In this document: positions 40,990 through 52,045 of the stretch, piece after piece | Layout: each line of letters opens with the position of its first letter | How positions within the stretch are numbered: position 1 is the stretch's first letter | Assembly: GCF_006345805.1 (NCBI RefSeq) | Contig: NC_043017.1 | Location: 5,952,001-6,016,000, forward strand | Length of the DNA: 64,000 bases | Origin: Octopus sinensis | Lineage: Eukaryota | Direction of reading: 5' to 3' | Position numbers and translations under genes: made by a program | The notes under the pieces: generated by a model | Databases searched by the model: none | Told to the model about the DNA's origin: nothing | What the model saw: the letters and a program-made list of their open reading frames with translations, nothing else

Positions 40990-41420
40990 TGATGGGCAGA
41001 TTTGGGTGCTATTTCTAGTTGATCGGGCAACCACTTTATTATTAGATGGGTAGGTTGTCTGGAACGTGTGATAGTATAATGTGGTGAACCACATGTGGCC
41101 GGTAAAAGCAAGGTGTGGCTTACGTGTGGTGGTATAGGATAGGCCAGGCAACATGCTGTGGTATAAACGAGTGATGTGGAACATGTGATTGTACAGGCAA
41201 GTAGTGCGGCACATGTGGTGGTATAGGCAGGTGGTACACAACATGTAATGGTACAAGTAGATGGAGCGGTATATGTGGTAGCCATAGGCAGATATCATGT
41301 GTTACACGTGGAGGTACAGGTTGGGTGTGTGTTTAAGCACATGTGGCGATAAAGGTCGACAGCGTGGTGGCAAATGTAGTGGTACATATACTATTACATG
41401 TGGTAGTATAGGAAGAGCGG
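40990..41420. repeat. Degenerate ~30-bp minisatellite (acatgtggtggtataggcaggtggtacaca-like)
   Basis: acatgtg(g/a) recurs at ~30-nt spacing; 10-residue periodicity in the two minus-strand ORFs. Confidence 0.75.
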
Positions 41421-41633
41421 CATGATAAAATTAAAAAAGAAGAACGTCTGGGGGTGAATGCAGGTGGCGTACCACATGTGCTTTTTAATGCACTTCAAAC
41501 AAATTACAGATGTTCTGATTGGAATTAACAAATTCTCCATCAAAAGAGGCTTTTGAAATCTCTCTCTTACATGGTTGCGTTAGAACTACTACCACTACTA
41601 CTACCATTACCATCACTGTGCCAGTTGTTACAA

Positions 41634-41664
<31 letters not shown>

Positions 41665-42958
41665 TACTTCTGTTTGTTTATTTGTGATTATTCTAGTTAC
41701 TGCTGCCGGCAGTGTTACATGTCTGACACCTATTGTTGCAGTTGTTTTTGTTGTTGTTGTTGTTGTTGTTGTTGTTATCTTTACAGCCATTATTGTAGTA
41801 GTCGGTGTTGTTGTTGTTGTTGTCGTTGTCGTTGTTGTTTTAGCTAGCTATGTCTTTTTTTATATTTTTTCCTCTTGTCGTTATTCTTGGCTGCAGCATT
41901 TATTATTGTCGTTGTTGTTGTTGAAGATTACGCTAGCAGTGGTCGTCATATCTTTGTTGTTGTTGTTGTTGTTGTTCCCATGCTGCCCACTCGCCCTCCC
42001 CAACTCCACCCCATCCCACCACCACACACTATTTACTATTATTGTCTTCCATTCTGCAAATTTTGCTATTATTTTTTTTTTTTTACTTGTTACCATAGAA
42101 ACATATTCTACTGTATTTCACATAGATTTTGTACTATTTTTATTTCTATAAAACTTATATCTTAATGAATAAATCTGAATGTGATTTTTGCCGTTCCACT
42201 TTACAGTGGTAGTCACAATTATTCTGTTACTGAATGGTAAAGAATTGATCTCTCTGTGGTGATGGTCACGGTTAGTCTTTCACTGTTCTACACAGATGGT
42301 GACTGTAAGTATGTATATGTCATTGTATCTACTAGGCTATCGGATGTTATACATCGCTGATCACAATGCCCTTCCTTTCATTGCTGTAGTAGCTTTCGAA
42401 TGATGCTAACCCACTGGATTGGTGAGCAGGCCGACACCTACCCTGAACGTTACACCGGTCCGTCGCATTCACAGCTGGGTGGATTGGGAGGAAAGGTGAA
42501 ATAAAGAGTTTTGCTCAAGGACAGAACGTATGGCAGGGGCCTGGGAATCGAAATCACAATCTTGCGATCCTGATTGTGACACCTTAACCGCCTGGTCCCG
42601 TGCCTGTGTGTATGTATGTGTGTATGTATGTGTGTATGTGTGTGTTTATGTATGTGTGTGTATGTGTGTGTGTGTATATATATGACAGAAACAAGTAAAA
42701 TGCCTCTTGTCTTTGAATACTATGGAAATATTTAAAAACAAAACTTTGCATTTAATTTTTCCCCAATTTGTTTTCCATACTTAGAGTTGAAAAAGTCTCA
42801 ATGACTGAAACCGGCACTAAAATGTCTTTCATAATAAAATTATTTTAGCATTTTCTACCTTGTCTTATTTTCCTTATACATATCAACTCGTGTGTTCCTT
42901 TTTAGATCGCTAGCCTCTACACATTCTTCATTTTCTCTCCTTGTTTCGTTCTGTGTTC

Positions 42959-42994
42959 CTTTCTGTGGAAGAGCATAGGCTCGAAACGTTAAAG
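42959..42994 (+). ncRNA. Minimal hammerhead-ribozyme-like motif (Penelope type), core variant
   Basis: CUUU-CUGUGGA-A-GAGC-AUAG-GCUC-GAAACGUU-AAAG; stems I and II complementary; same family as 4839-4874. Confidence 0.55.
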
Positions 42995-43261
42995 ACTTTT
43001 TCACTTCCTATATATATAGGAGGTTAAGAGAAGTAATGGTGTCATTGAGACCCAAAGGTGTCAGGTAATGCTGAATAAGTGCTATAGATATACCATAGTT
43101 AAGTACCAGGTTTGGAATCTTACATATGTACCATTCTGCCTAAAAAATGGATCTACAAATACAATATCCCTACATATCTCACATCTATTTTCTTTCCTCC
43201 ACCTCACTCTCTATTTGGTATCCTATCTAAATTAACTATTACTTAACCATCCTCTCACACC

Positions 43262-43309
43262 GTCTCCGATGGAGGGATATAATAAATATCCTGGAAACAG
43301 CTGTAAGAC
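43262..43309 (+). ncRNA. Hammerhead-ribozyme-like motif with ACAGCUGU palindromic helix III, degenerate core
   Basis: GUCU-CCGAUGG-AGGGAUAU-AAUAA-AUAUCCUG-GAAACAGCUGUA-AGAC; stem I GUCU/AGAC, long stem II, GUA triplet. Confidence 0.5.
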
Positions 43310-43733
43310 CTATCTATAAATGTTCTAAAATCTACACAGCTTTGATTTTTTTTATCTCATTACGAATACATACATACACACACACATATATATATATATA
43401 ATGAGAGAGAGAGAGAGAGAGGCTGTCAGAATGAGCATATTTATTTCAGTTGATATCCATAGGATGACGGCCGTTTCGCTGTAATGTGGTTTGTAGCCGG
43501 GTCCCCTAAAAGGAGCGTATTTGTGATTACCACTGGATTACATAAATCTATATATTGTGCATTGCACTTACACACACACACACACACACATGTAATCTAT
43601 TGATATTTAGTGGAAAATTCAGAGTGACTGGAAGGCCGAGAGTTTCGTGCGTTAGCAATTATCAAACTGAGAAGTGCCAACGCACGAAAGTTTCGGCCCT
43701 TGAGTCACTCTGTTGCTTCTATTAAAATATCAA

Positions 43734-43766
<33 letters not shown>

Positions 43767-44304
43767 TGTTTTGAGTTGTATTTTTCCTATTTGCATCACC
43801 AAACCTGTATGTATATATATACATACATACATACAAACATGTGGCAAGTAGAAAGTATAGACATTTCTCAGAAAAATTTAGTCAACTTTTCCCTCCTCTC
43901 TCTATCACTCTCTCTCTCTCTGATGCAATATTGAAACACCAAAGCATTTTACAGCCTTTCAACTCTCCAACTACTGGAAGTCTGTGGTTTGTATCATATG
44001 GTTCATATCACACAATTTACAGTGTACAATCTGCGCCATATTATATCATTTCTCACGAAAGTTCTGAGACAGTTTACTTCATTCTCCTGGAAAAAATGTT
44101 GCTGCACTTTCACCTTTCTTCTCTCATTTCGGAACTTCCACTGGAGACACAGATCTTATCTACAAGGAACTTACGGTGCTAAGAAGGAAGAAGCTGGTAA
44201 CGAATCGCTTGACTTGCTAGAAACAACAGTAAATCTCCCTAAACGTTTTTAGAATAAACAAATATATTAGGTAACTCATATGTGATCATAATGTTAGATG
44301 ATTT

Positions 44305-44640
44305 GGGGACACGTGTCTTAGGGGCTACGGTATTCGGCTTACGATGTGTAAGGTCGTGAGCTCGATTCCCAGCAGCGCACACGTTGTGTCCTTGAGTAGG
44401 ACACTTTATTTCACATCGCCTCAGTGTACTTAGCTGGCCAAAATGAGAAGTACCTGCTTTTCAAAGGGCCAGTCTTGTTGCAATCTGTGTCACGCTGAAT
44501 CCTTTTGAAAATTAGGTTAAGGGTACGCGTATCTGTCTGTGGAGTACTCAGCCACCTGCACGTTAATTTCACGTGTAGGCTGTTTCATTGATCGGATCAG
44601 CTGGAAAGCTCGTCGTCGAAACCGACGGAGTACCAGTTTA
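44305..44640 (+). mobile_element. tRNA/CORE-type SINE, family D
   Basis: ggtattcggcttacgatgtgtaaggtcgtgagctcgattccc head; gtgtccttgagtaggacactttatttcac CORE-like block; related copies near 15540, 17195, 34900, 48300, 52350 and 63850. Confidence 0.8.
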
Positions 44641-45149
44641 GACATAATGTTGTCAAGACAAGAACGTCGGTCTAACATTGACGGATGGTCACGGATAACT
44701 ACAACTAACGAATGCGAGTCAGAATATGTAGGGTGGATCCGAAATAGGCGGAGGTTATGATATATCCAGAGCCTAAATGGTTCAGGAGACTGCGTAAATG
44801 TTATACGTCGATTGGATCATGTCTAACCTAGGGCTACACAGCAACATCAATAACAATAACAACATGAAGCCTGATACAATGATATGTATGTTTTACGAGT
44901 CAATTTTTCTGCTATAAACGATCAGTATGTTTCATTTTTAGCCTTTAGATCTAATTTTATTACAGGAATTTTACCATATCAAAACATTTATTTTGCTAAA
45001 AAAAATTCTTCCAAATATATATATACGCCAATATTTTCAATATGGCTTCTCTTGAATTATTCAAGTGTTACAAATTATGATTTTTTTTTCCTATTGCCGC
45101 TTATTTCACCTCCTTTTCAATCGGAGGTTCTAAACTATTTCTTACACAC

Positions 45150-45640
45150 CAATCTACACACTTTATTCATCACATTTTTCTACACCATAAACTCTCCACA
45201 GAACTAATCAATATACTTCCTTTTTGTTATAGAGAATGTATATCCATCCAATTGGTATATCTTATACTCCATATTGTTTATCGAGTCTATTGTCGCTTAT
45301 TCTATTATCCAACTTCACATGTTCTTCTTCAAAACTCCTCAGCTGTACATCAAAACATCTTTAATACCTAGAGATACATTTTTCCTATCCAGCTTAGATT
45401 TAAGCACTTGGTTCAACCTCATGTAATGTTCCTTTCTAGATATTTCTTTCGTTACACTTTTCTTTGTCCTGTATTATTTCAATCTATTGTACCCATGTAT
45501 TTATAGTCTTCAGTTCCTACCTCTGTCATCGCTTCTTTATGTGCTAATTCAATCCCCGCTATTCGACACCGTTTCTTTTGTCTAATTTATCAATACCTCA
45601 CACTTTTAAATTCCTGGTTCACCTAAACCTATGCACAGTG
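45150..45640 (-). pseudogene. R4/NeSL-like non-LTR retrotransposon fragment (post-RT region)
   Basis: Minus frames EDYKYMG... and EHYMRLNQVLKSKLDRKNVSLGIKDVLMYS resemble YKYLG...EY..R...IL.S.LN..N...AI...YS; stops present. Confidence 0.55.
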
Positions 45641-46383
45641 AACAAAGAATTTAGTCTTATCTTTGTCCTGTACAAACAGCTTGATTTTTACCAATACCAC
45701 AAAGAGAGAAAAACGAAACGCAACATCATCTATTACCAACTAATACACACACATGTATGAATGTGTGTATATATGTACACACACACACTAACACATAGGT
45801 GAGCTACATGATAACAGGTATATGCCACACAAAGCAAAATATATGAAAGATATCATTGTAAACATAAGCGCATTCTTCAACACTGTCTATTTCTTAAACC
45901 ACAAAATATATTATGCATCTTATACAGCATTCCAAATTTCTTAGAACATCAGTACTGCTTACCTATCACATCAAATCATTCTTTAGACCAAGACGGGGAA
46001 AAGCAAAGAAACTTACTACCTTTCATTTTATAGTCTATAGTTAACATATGTTTACTACTACTACTACTACTGCTGCTACTACTTTCACGGCTGCTTAAAT
46101 TTGTATTTATTATTGCGTTTCTGTCTGCCTCTATTATTTCTTGACGGAATCCTTTAACCTTCACGGCAATATAATCTGCCCCTTTAAATGTTACTATATC
46201 CTTTTTTTTATAATTTCTATTAACTTTTTTGTACATACATCCCTCTTTGTTATTATTGTCGACTGTGACTTTCATCCTTTCGGGGGCGGGGGCGATGAAA
46301 TAAGTACCAGTGGAACGCTGGGATCGATGTAATTCACTCATACCCCCCACCAAAATTGCTGCCCCTGTGGCAAAATTTGAAAC

Positions 46384-46422
<39 letters not shown>

Positions 46423-46436
46423 CATTATTATTATTA

Positions 46437-46645
46437 AAGGCGGCGAGCTGCAGACTCGTTAGCACGCCGGACAAAATGCTTAGCGGTATTTCGTCCGTCT
46501 TTACGTTCTGAGTTCAAATTCCGCCGAGGTCAACTTTGCCTTTCATCCTTTCGGGGTCGATTAAATAAGTACTTCTTGAGTTCTGGGATCAATGTAATCG
46601 ACTTACCCTCTACCCAGAAATTGCTGGCCTTGTGCTAAAACTTAA
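46437..46645 (+). mobile_element. Family-A SINE
   Basis: aaggcggcgagctg head, ttctgagttcaaattccgccgagg core. Confidence 0.88.
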
Positions 46646-46689
46646 AATCCTTATTCTGCCAGACGACAAACGAATAGAATCGTTAGCAC

Positions 46690-46850
46690 AACGTATTCTT
46701 TTTCGTATTCAATGACAACTTATAGAGGCAGTTTTCGGGGATTGTGATGGGTACGAGAATGGCCCCCTACTTTGCTAACTTAATTATGAGTTACCTAAAA
46801 ATCACTTTTTATCGTAAGGTACTAGAAAATTACGGAAACCCATTCTCCCT
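46690..46850 (+). pseudogene. Penelope-like RT fragment
   Basis: FFVFNDNL*RQFSGIVMGTRMAP resembles PLE RT 'F.FN...Y.Q..G.AMG..MAP'. Confidence 0.55.
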
Positions 46851-47099
46851 TTACATAGAAAATAACTGGAAGAGATATCTAATAGGTGTTAGTTCGTTTA
46901 CGTCTCTGTAACATAGTGATTCGGCAAAAGAGACGACAGTATAAGCAGAATACTTTGAAAAATAAGTACTTGAGCCGATTTGTTTGTTCAATTAAATCCT
47001 TCAAGACGTCTCACCCCCGCCTCACCACCACCACCACCACCACCACCAAGCACGAGTGCATTCCAATGTCTGAAGCAAAAACTGGAAAGACATGTCACC

Positions 47100-47660
47100 T
47101 AGGAGTGGATATGACACTGATAAAGAAATGTCATGCTAATAATGACGTGTCACATTTAAGGGAAATATGCCATATTTGCAGAAATACGTTGCATTATGAA
47201 GGGTATGTCATTAATATATCATTTTCATGGAGATATAGATCCGTCATAGTGAATGGGACAGATCATATTGATAGAGGTACGTCATAGTGTATAGGACATA
47301 CCATATTGGTAGAGATATGTCATAAAGAATGAGATGTATTATATTGATAAAGACGCATCTTAGGGAATGAGGCACAAAATACTGACAGGGATGCATCGTA
47401 GTGAATGAGACGTCATACTTTTAGAGAAGCGTTGTAGGTAATGAGCCACAGTATATTGATAGACACGTCGTAGGGAATGAGATGCGTCATATCGATAAAG
47501 ATACGTCATAAGGAATGAGACGCATTATATTAATAGCAATATGTTATAAGAAATGAGGCGCATCACATTGATATGAATAGATATGTCATACTGGAAGAAA
47601 CAGGTCTCACGAATAGAGATATGTCCTACTGAAAAGGGCATGTCACAAGGAAATACGTGC
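47100..47660. repeat. Degenerate ~38-bp minisatellite (gtcatagggaatgagacgcatcatattgatagagatac-like)
   Basis: gaatgag and atattgat recur at ~38-nt spacing. Confidence 0.8.
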
Positions 47661-48101
47661 ATAATACCTAGATTCTCTCTAGACCCACGAAATATTGCTA
47701 TGAATAATATCTTAAGAATTCCTGCTAGATTAAAAATCAAAATATCCTACCAATGTGTAAAGAAGACACGGCAGCAAATGAAAGTTTCCAACCACGTCTG
47801 CCGATTATTTCGATCCAAAATTTTAAGGAAACGATAATTTTATTCACAACTCATCAACTACTCATTACGTGATCTTCATATATAATTGGTAATTAGAACA
47901 ATTATTGCTGTATAGTGAATTGTATTAAAATGTTAATTTACTGGAGTTTTAGTAACTGATTAAGCTGACATTAAACTTGTTCCAGTGCTTTATGTATACA
48001 TATGCATGTCTGTGTGCATATACATATATATATGCGTGCATGTATATATATATATATGCGTATGTGTTTGTGTATGCATTCATGCACATGTGTGTGTATA
48101 A

Positions 48102-48152
<51 letters not shown>

Positions 48153-48604
48153 CATGAATGCATATGTCTGTCTATGCATGTATGTTTATATGCATGTTTG
48201 AATGTGTACGTATATATGCATGTGTGCATTTATATATGTATATATTTATATATATATATATGTGTGTTTATGTATATATGTATGGCCATTCATGTATACG
48301 TGAAGGCATGTAACTCGGTGGTTAGAGCGTCGAGCTCACAATCATGAAGTAATGAGTTCGATTGTGTCTCGTGTTCTTGAGCAAGACACTTTATTCCACG
48401 TTGCTACCTTGGATAACATTGATTGCGTGAAGAGTGGAGGCTGGTATGCATGGGCGACTGTTGGCCTTCCATAAACAACCTTGGTTGGATTGTGCCTCGG
48501 AGGGGATCTTTCTAGGTGCAATTCCATGGTCATTCATGATAGAAGGAAGTATTTACGCTGTATGTATGTATGTACGTACGTATGTGTGTATGTGTGTGTA
48601 TGTA

Positions 48605-48639
<35 letters not shown>

Positions 48640-48899
48640 ATGTATGTATGTATGTATGTATGTATGTACGTATGTATGTATGTGTGTGTACATATTCCTA
48701 TATGCACAACGTTATGTGCGCGCGTGTCGGCCTGTATCGTAATATATAAAATCAGATGAGCTCGTTTGTTTTGCGTTGTTGGCTGTGCACATGCTGTATC
48801 CTGAAACCAAGATAAATATATAACAGCAAAGAGGTGTAAAGGAATCTAATGGTTGAAGTTTGAGTCAGGGAGGTGATTTAATTAATCAAAGAAAGGAGT

Positions 48900-49124
48900 G
48901 AAAGCAGAAGAGAGGAAGGAGATGCGAGAGGAAGGAGGTGCGCGAGATGTGATTGACGAGAGAAAATGGCGGCGGTGTATTGAGCGTTAGTTACGCTGCA
49001 ACACACGACAAACTGGAATAAATAGAACGCCATGTCACGTGACAGACAGACAATAGAAGAGAATAAAAGACAAAAAAAAAAGCGCTGTTTTTATTTGGTT
49101 CTCACTTATGTTTTTATGGTAAGT
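48900..49124 (+). promoter_or_regulatory. Candidate housekeeping-type promoter and first exon
   Basis: AAAATGGCGGCGG (48963-48975, YY1-like), CGCCAT, 12-bp palindrome TGTCACGTGACA (49033-49044, E-box/CLEAR-like), local CpG enrichment, donor G|GTAAGT at 49119. Confidence 0.5.
49032..49118 (+). CDS. Candidate first coding exon: basic cluster plus hydrophobic segment
   Basis: GCCATG context, 87 nt open (MSRDRQTIEENKRQKKKRCFYLVLTYVFM), phase-0 ATG|GTAAGT donor. Confidence 0.4.
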
Positions 49125-49544
49125 CAGTGTTGTAATTTTAAAATTTCATGTTAGTTTTACATTAAGAAAATATGTTTACATTGCGACTATGTGTTTAATA
49201 AAAATGTATTTTCATTATCTTTTAACATTCCGTTGTATGCAGATTTACAAAGCCAATGTGAAAAAAAAAAAAAAAAACCATTAAAAGTCGAGAAGCTACA
49301 TTAAAATTTTCAGAAATTTATTGGAAAAAAAAGAAAGAAAACTAATAAAAAAAATAGTTCGATGTATTTGTTGACAACATCGCTTAGCGCCCGTCCCCAC
49401 CGCCACAAACTTAGTATGCATGCAAATATATAAGCGTCCATGATATATATATATATATATATATGTACATATGTAAACCGTACACATATATGTAGAGTAA
49501 GACAGACATTTATGCGTATATGTGTATGTGTATATATACGTATA

Positions 49545-49589
<45 letters not shown>

Positions 49590-49646
49590 AAAAATATGTA
49601 TTTTTTTTCCTCTGTCTTCCCTTCTCTGGATCTTTGCTTTTCCTAT

Positions 49647-49681
49647 GTTTCTGACGAAGAACTCCGCTCGAAACGTTAAAC
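49647..49681 (+). ncRNA. Minimal hammerhead-ribozyme-like motif (Penelope type), intact core
   Basis: GUUU-CUGACGA-A-GAA-CUCCG-CUC-GAAACGUU-AAAC; exact CUGANGA and GAAAC, stem I GUUU/AAAC, stem II with one mismatch. Confidence 0.62.
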
Positions 49682-49763
49682 CCTCCGTCTTTCCTTCTTT
49701 CCTGAGCGTCCAATAATACTATATTTGTTCCACGTCCTCGCGTTGTGTTTTTTGTGTTTGGAT

Positions 49764-49799
<36 letters not shown>

Positions 49800-50229
49800 C
49801 GTAAGAGTGGCTGCGTAGTAAGAAACTTGCTTCCCAACCGCATGGGTCCGAGTTCAATCCCGCTGCGTGACACCTTGGGCAGGTGTCTTCTACTCGAGCC
49901 TCGGACCCACCAAAGCCTTCCCTAAACCCGAGCTCTTCAAAATGGAGGTGATGAGGATTCTTTGGTGGTGTACTGCTGGACTCGTCCACTATAACTTCTT
50001 AAAACCCGGAAAAACCATTTCTGCAGAAACATATTGCTATCAATAATAAATCTTTGCAAATACCATAAGGGCACAAAAAGGTGTGCCTAAAGCCAGCAGG
50101 AGACGATGATCTCCTGGGGCTAAAAGCTACAGTAACACCCACCCTTAGTGGTTAGCCATATTGAGATGGCTAGTATACTTTACATATTGCTATGAAATTG
50201 CCAAAATAAACAACAAACTTCTACTCCTC

Positions 50230-50530
50230 TGTCCCACACTGGTCAACAGAAGAAGACCAATCATCCTTTATGACAATGCACGACCACTCGTTTCCCTAAT
50301 GACGTGCCAGAAGTTGAGGGAGCTTAGCAACGAAGTTCTTCCCCACCCAGCTTCTTCCCCAGACCTTTCTCCTACCGACTACCACTTTTTCAAGCACCTT
50401 GAGGATTTCCTGCGAGAGAAGGAGTTCAAAAATCAAACTTATTCTTGAAGTGCGTTCAAGGAGTTCCTCAGCCCCAGAACTCCAGATTGTTATGTTACCG
50501 GAATAAACAAACTTGTAACTCTTTAGCAAA
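50230..50530 (+). pseudogene. Mariner transposase C-terminal fragment
   Basis: IILYDNARP...QKLRELSNEVLPHPASSPDLSPTDYHFFKHLEDFL: HDNARPH and YSPDL-type mariner motifs. Confidence 0.9.
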
Positions 50531-50639
50531 AATGTATCGATTATAATGGTACTTACTTTGATGGTTAAAATTTCCGCATTTAAAAAAATATATTGTGATG
50601 AATTTCATATTTCAAAACGTTTCTGTCGCATAGTGTTGA

Positions 50640-51600
50640 TCTACTTGGTGTATCTATGAGGTCATACGATGGTGCTGATGTCTGTGGGTTTATTTATCTT
50701 AGACACATTGAGATACAGATACCTAGATCATGACTTTGGCCTATAGGAATTTCCCATGTGTGTGATGGCTACACCTTTGATAGATTTAAGAAGGAACTAA
50801 TTTCAACGTTTAATCAATTAGAATTTAAAATTACAGTAACTACTAATCTCTGTTTAGTTGATTATTTAGATATGTCCCTAGATTTAATCTCCTCCCCGAG
50901 TAAACCTTTCCATAAGCCTAATGAAAAACTCGCATATATATACATAAACAGTCATGTCACCTTCCTGTAGTATTTAAATATTTGATAGCTAATATCAGCA
51001 ACAGACTGTCTAATCTCTCTTCTTCTAAAGACATTTTCGACAAAGCTGCCTCTTATTATAACAAGGCCCTAACCAATAGTGGCTTCAAAGATAAATTAAT
51101 ATATAATCCTTCTATTAATTAAAATATTAATGCTAGATCTATTTGCATCAAAGATAAAGAAGCACCTAACCACTTCAATATTGATCAGGATAATAAGAAA
51201 CCAAAAAATAGGCCAAGGTAAATTATTTGGTTCGCACCTCCCTAACATTGGCAAAAGATTCCTGTAACTCCTAGACAAACACTTTCCAGTCCCTCACAGA
51301 TACAGGTAAAAATTTTCAATAGGCGTTCTGTGAAATTAGCATATAACTGCTGCCCCAATATGAAGAGTATCATTACACGAGGTCAACACCAAGAACCTGG
51401 ATCCAGCTGCGACTGTTGCGACCCAGGATCTTGTCCACTTGACCAACAATGTAAGATTAAATCCATCATATATGAGGCAGAAGTTACTGCAACCCTAAAT
51501 AATAATACAGCTGATAAGAAGACCTATATTGGATTATGTGAAGGAGAATTTAAATATCGCAATGCCGGTCACATAGCCTCCTCCCGACATAGGGACAAAA
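50640..51600 (+). pseudogene. Penelope-like element, RT C-terminus plus GIY-YIG endonuclease, disrupted
   Basis: SYDGADVC, VDYLDMSLDL, KPFHKPNE, then CDCCDPGSCPLDQQCKIKSIIYEAEV...KTYIGLCEGEFKYRNAGH; stops and frameshifts. Confidence 0.88.
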
Positions 51601-51759
51601 GTACCCATGGGATTGCATCTAGAAAGTTCCCCTCCGTGGCACAAGCCCGGACAAGGTTATGGAAGACCAGCAGTCACCCGTGCATACCAGCCTCCCTTTC
51701 CCATGTCACCGATGTTACTCCGAATTAAGTATAAAGGCCATGTAAAAAAATAGTTTGAT

Positions 51760-52045
51760 TGTTCCTTTTCGAGCCATGCCTGGCTCATAAGGGCCGGTTT
51801 CCCGGTTTCCTTGGCGTATAGGTTCCCTACCTAGACGGAACACCGGTCCGTCGCAGGTGAGCAGCAAGATGCTGGAGGAAAGAGTGAGAGAAATTTGTCG
51901 CGAAAGATTCAGAAGTTCGCCATTACCTTCTGCCGGAGCCGCGTGGAGCTTAGGTGCTTCGTTCATAAACACACACATCGCCCGATCTGAGATTCGATCC
52001 CTCGACCGCGAGTCCACTGCTCTAACCACTAGGCCTTGTGCCTCC
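51760..52045 (-). mobile_element. Family-C SINE
   Basis: Minus head ggaggcacaaggcctagtggttagagcagtggactcgcggtcgagggatcgaatctc. Confidence 0.85.

Noticed and set aside
41485-42165. Poly-Val/poly-Thr ORFs resembling membrane or mucin proteins
   Set aside because: Degenerate (GTT)n/(GTA)n trinucleotide repeats; the same applies to 21967-22596
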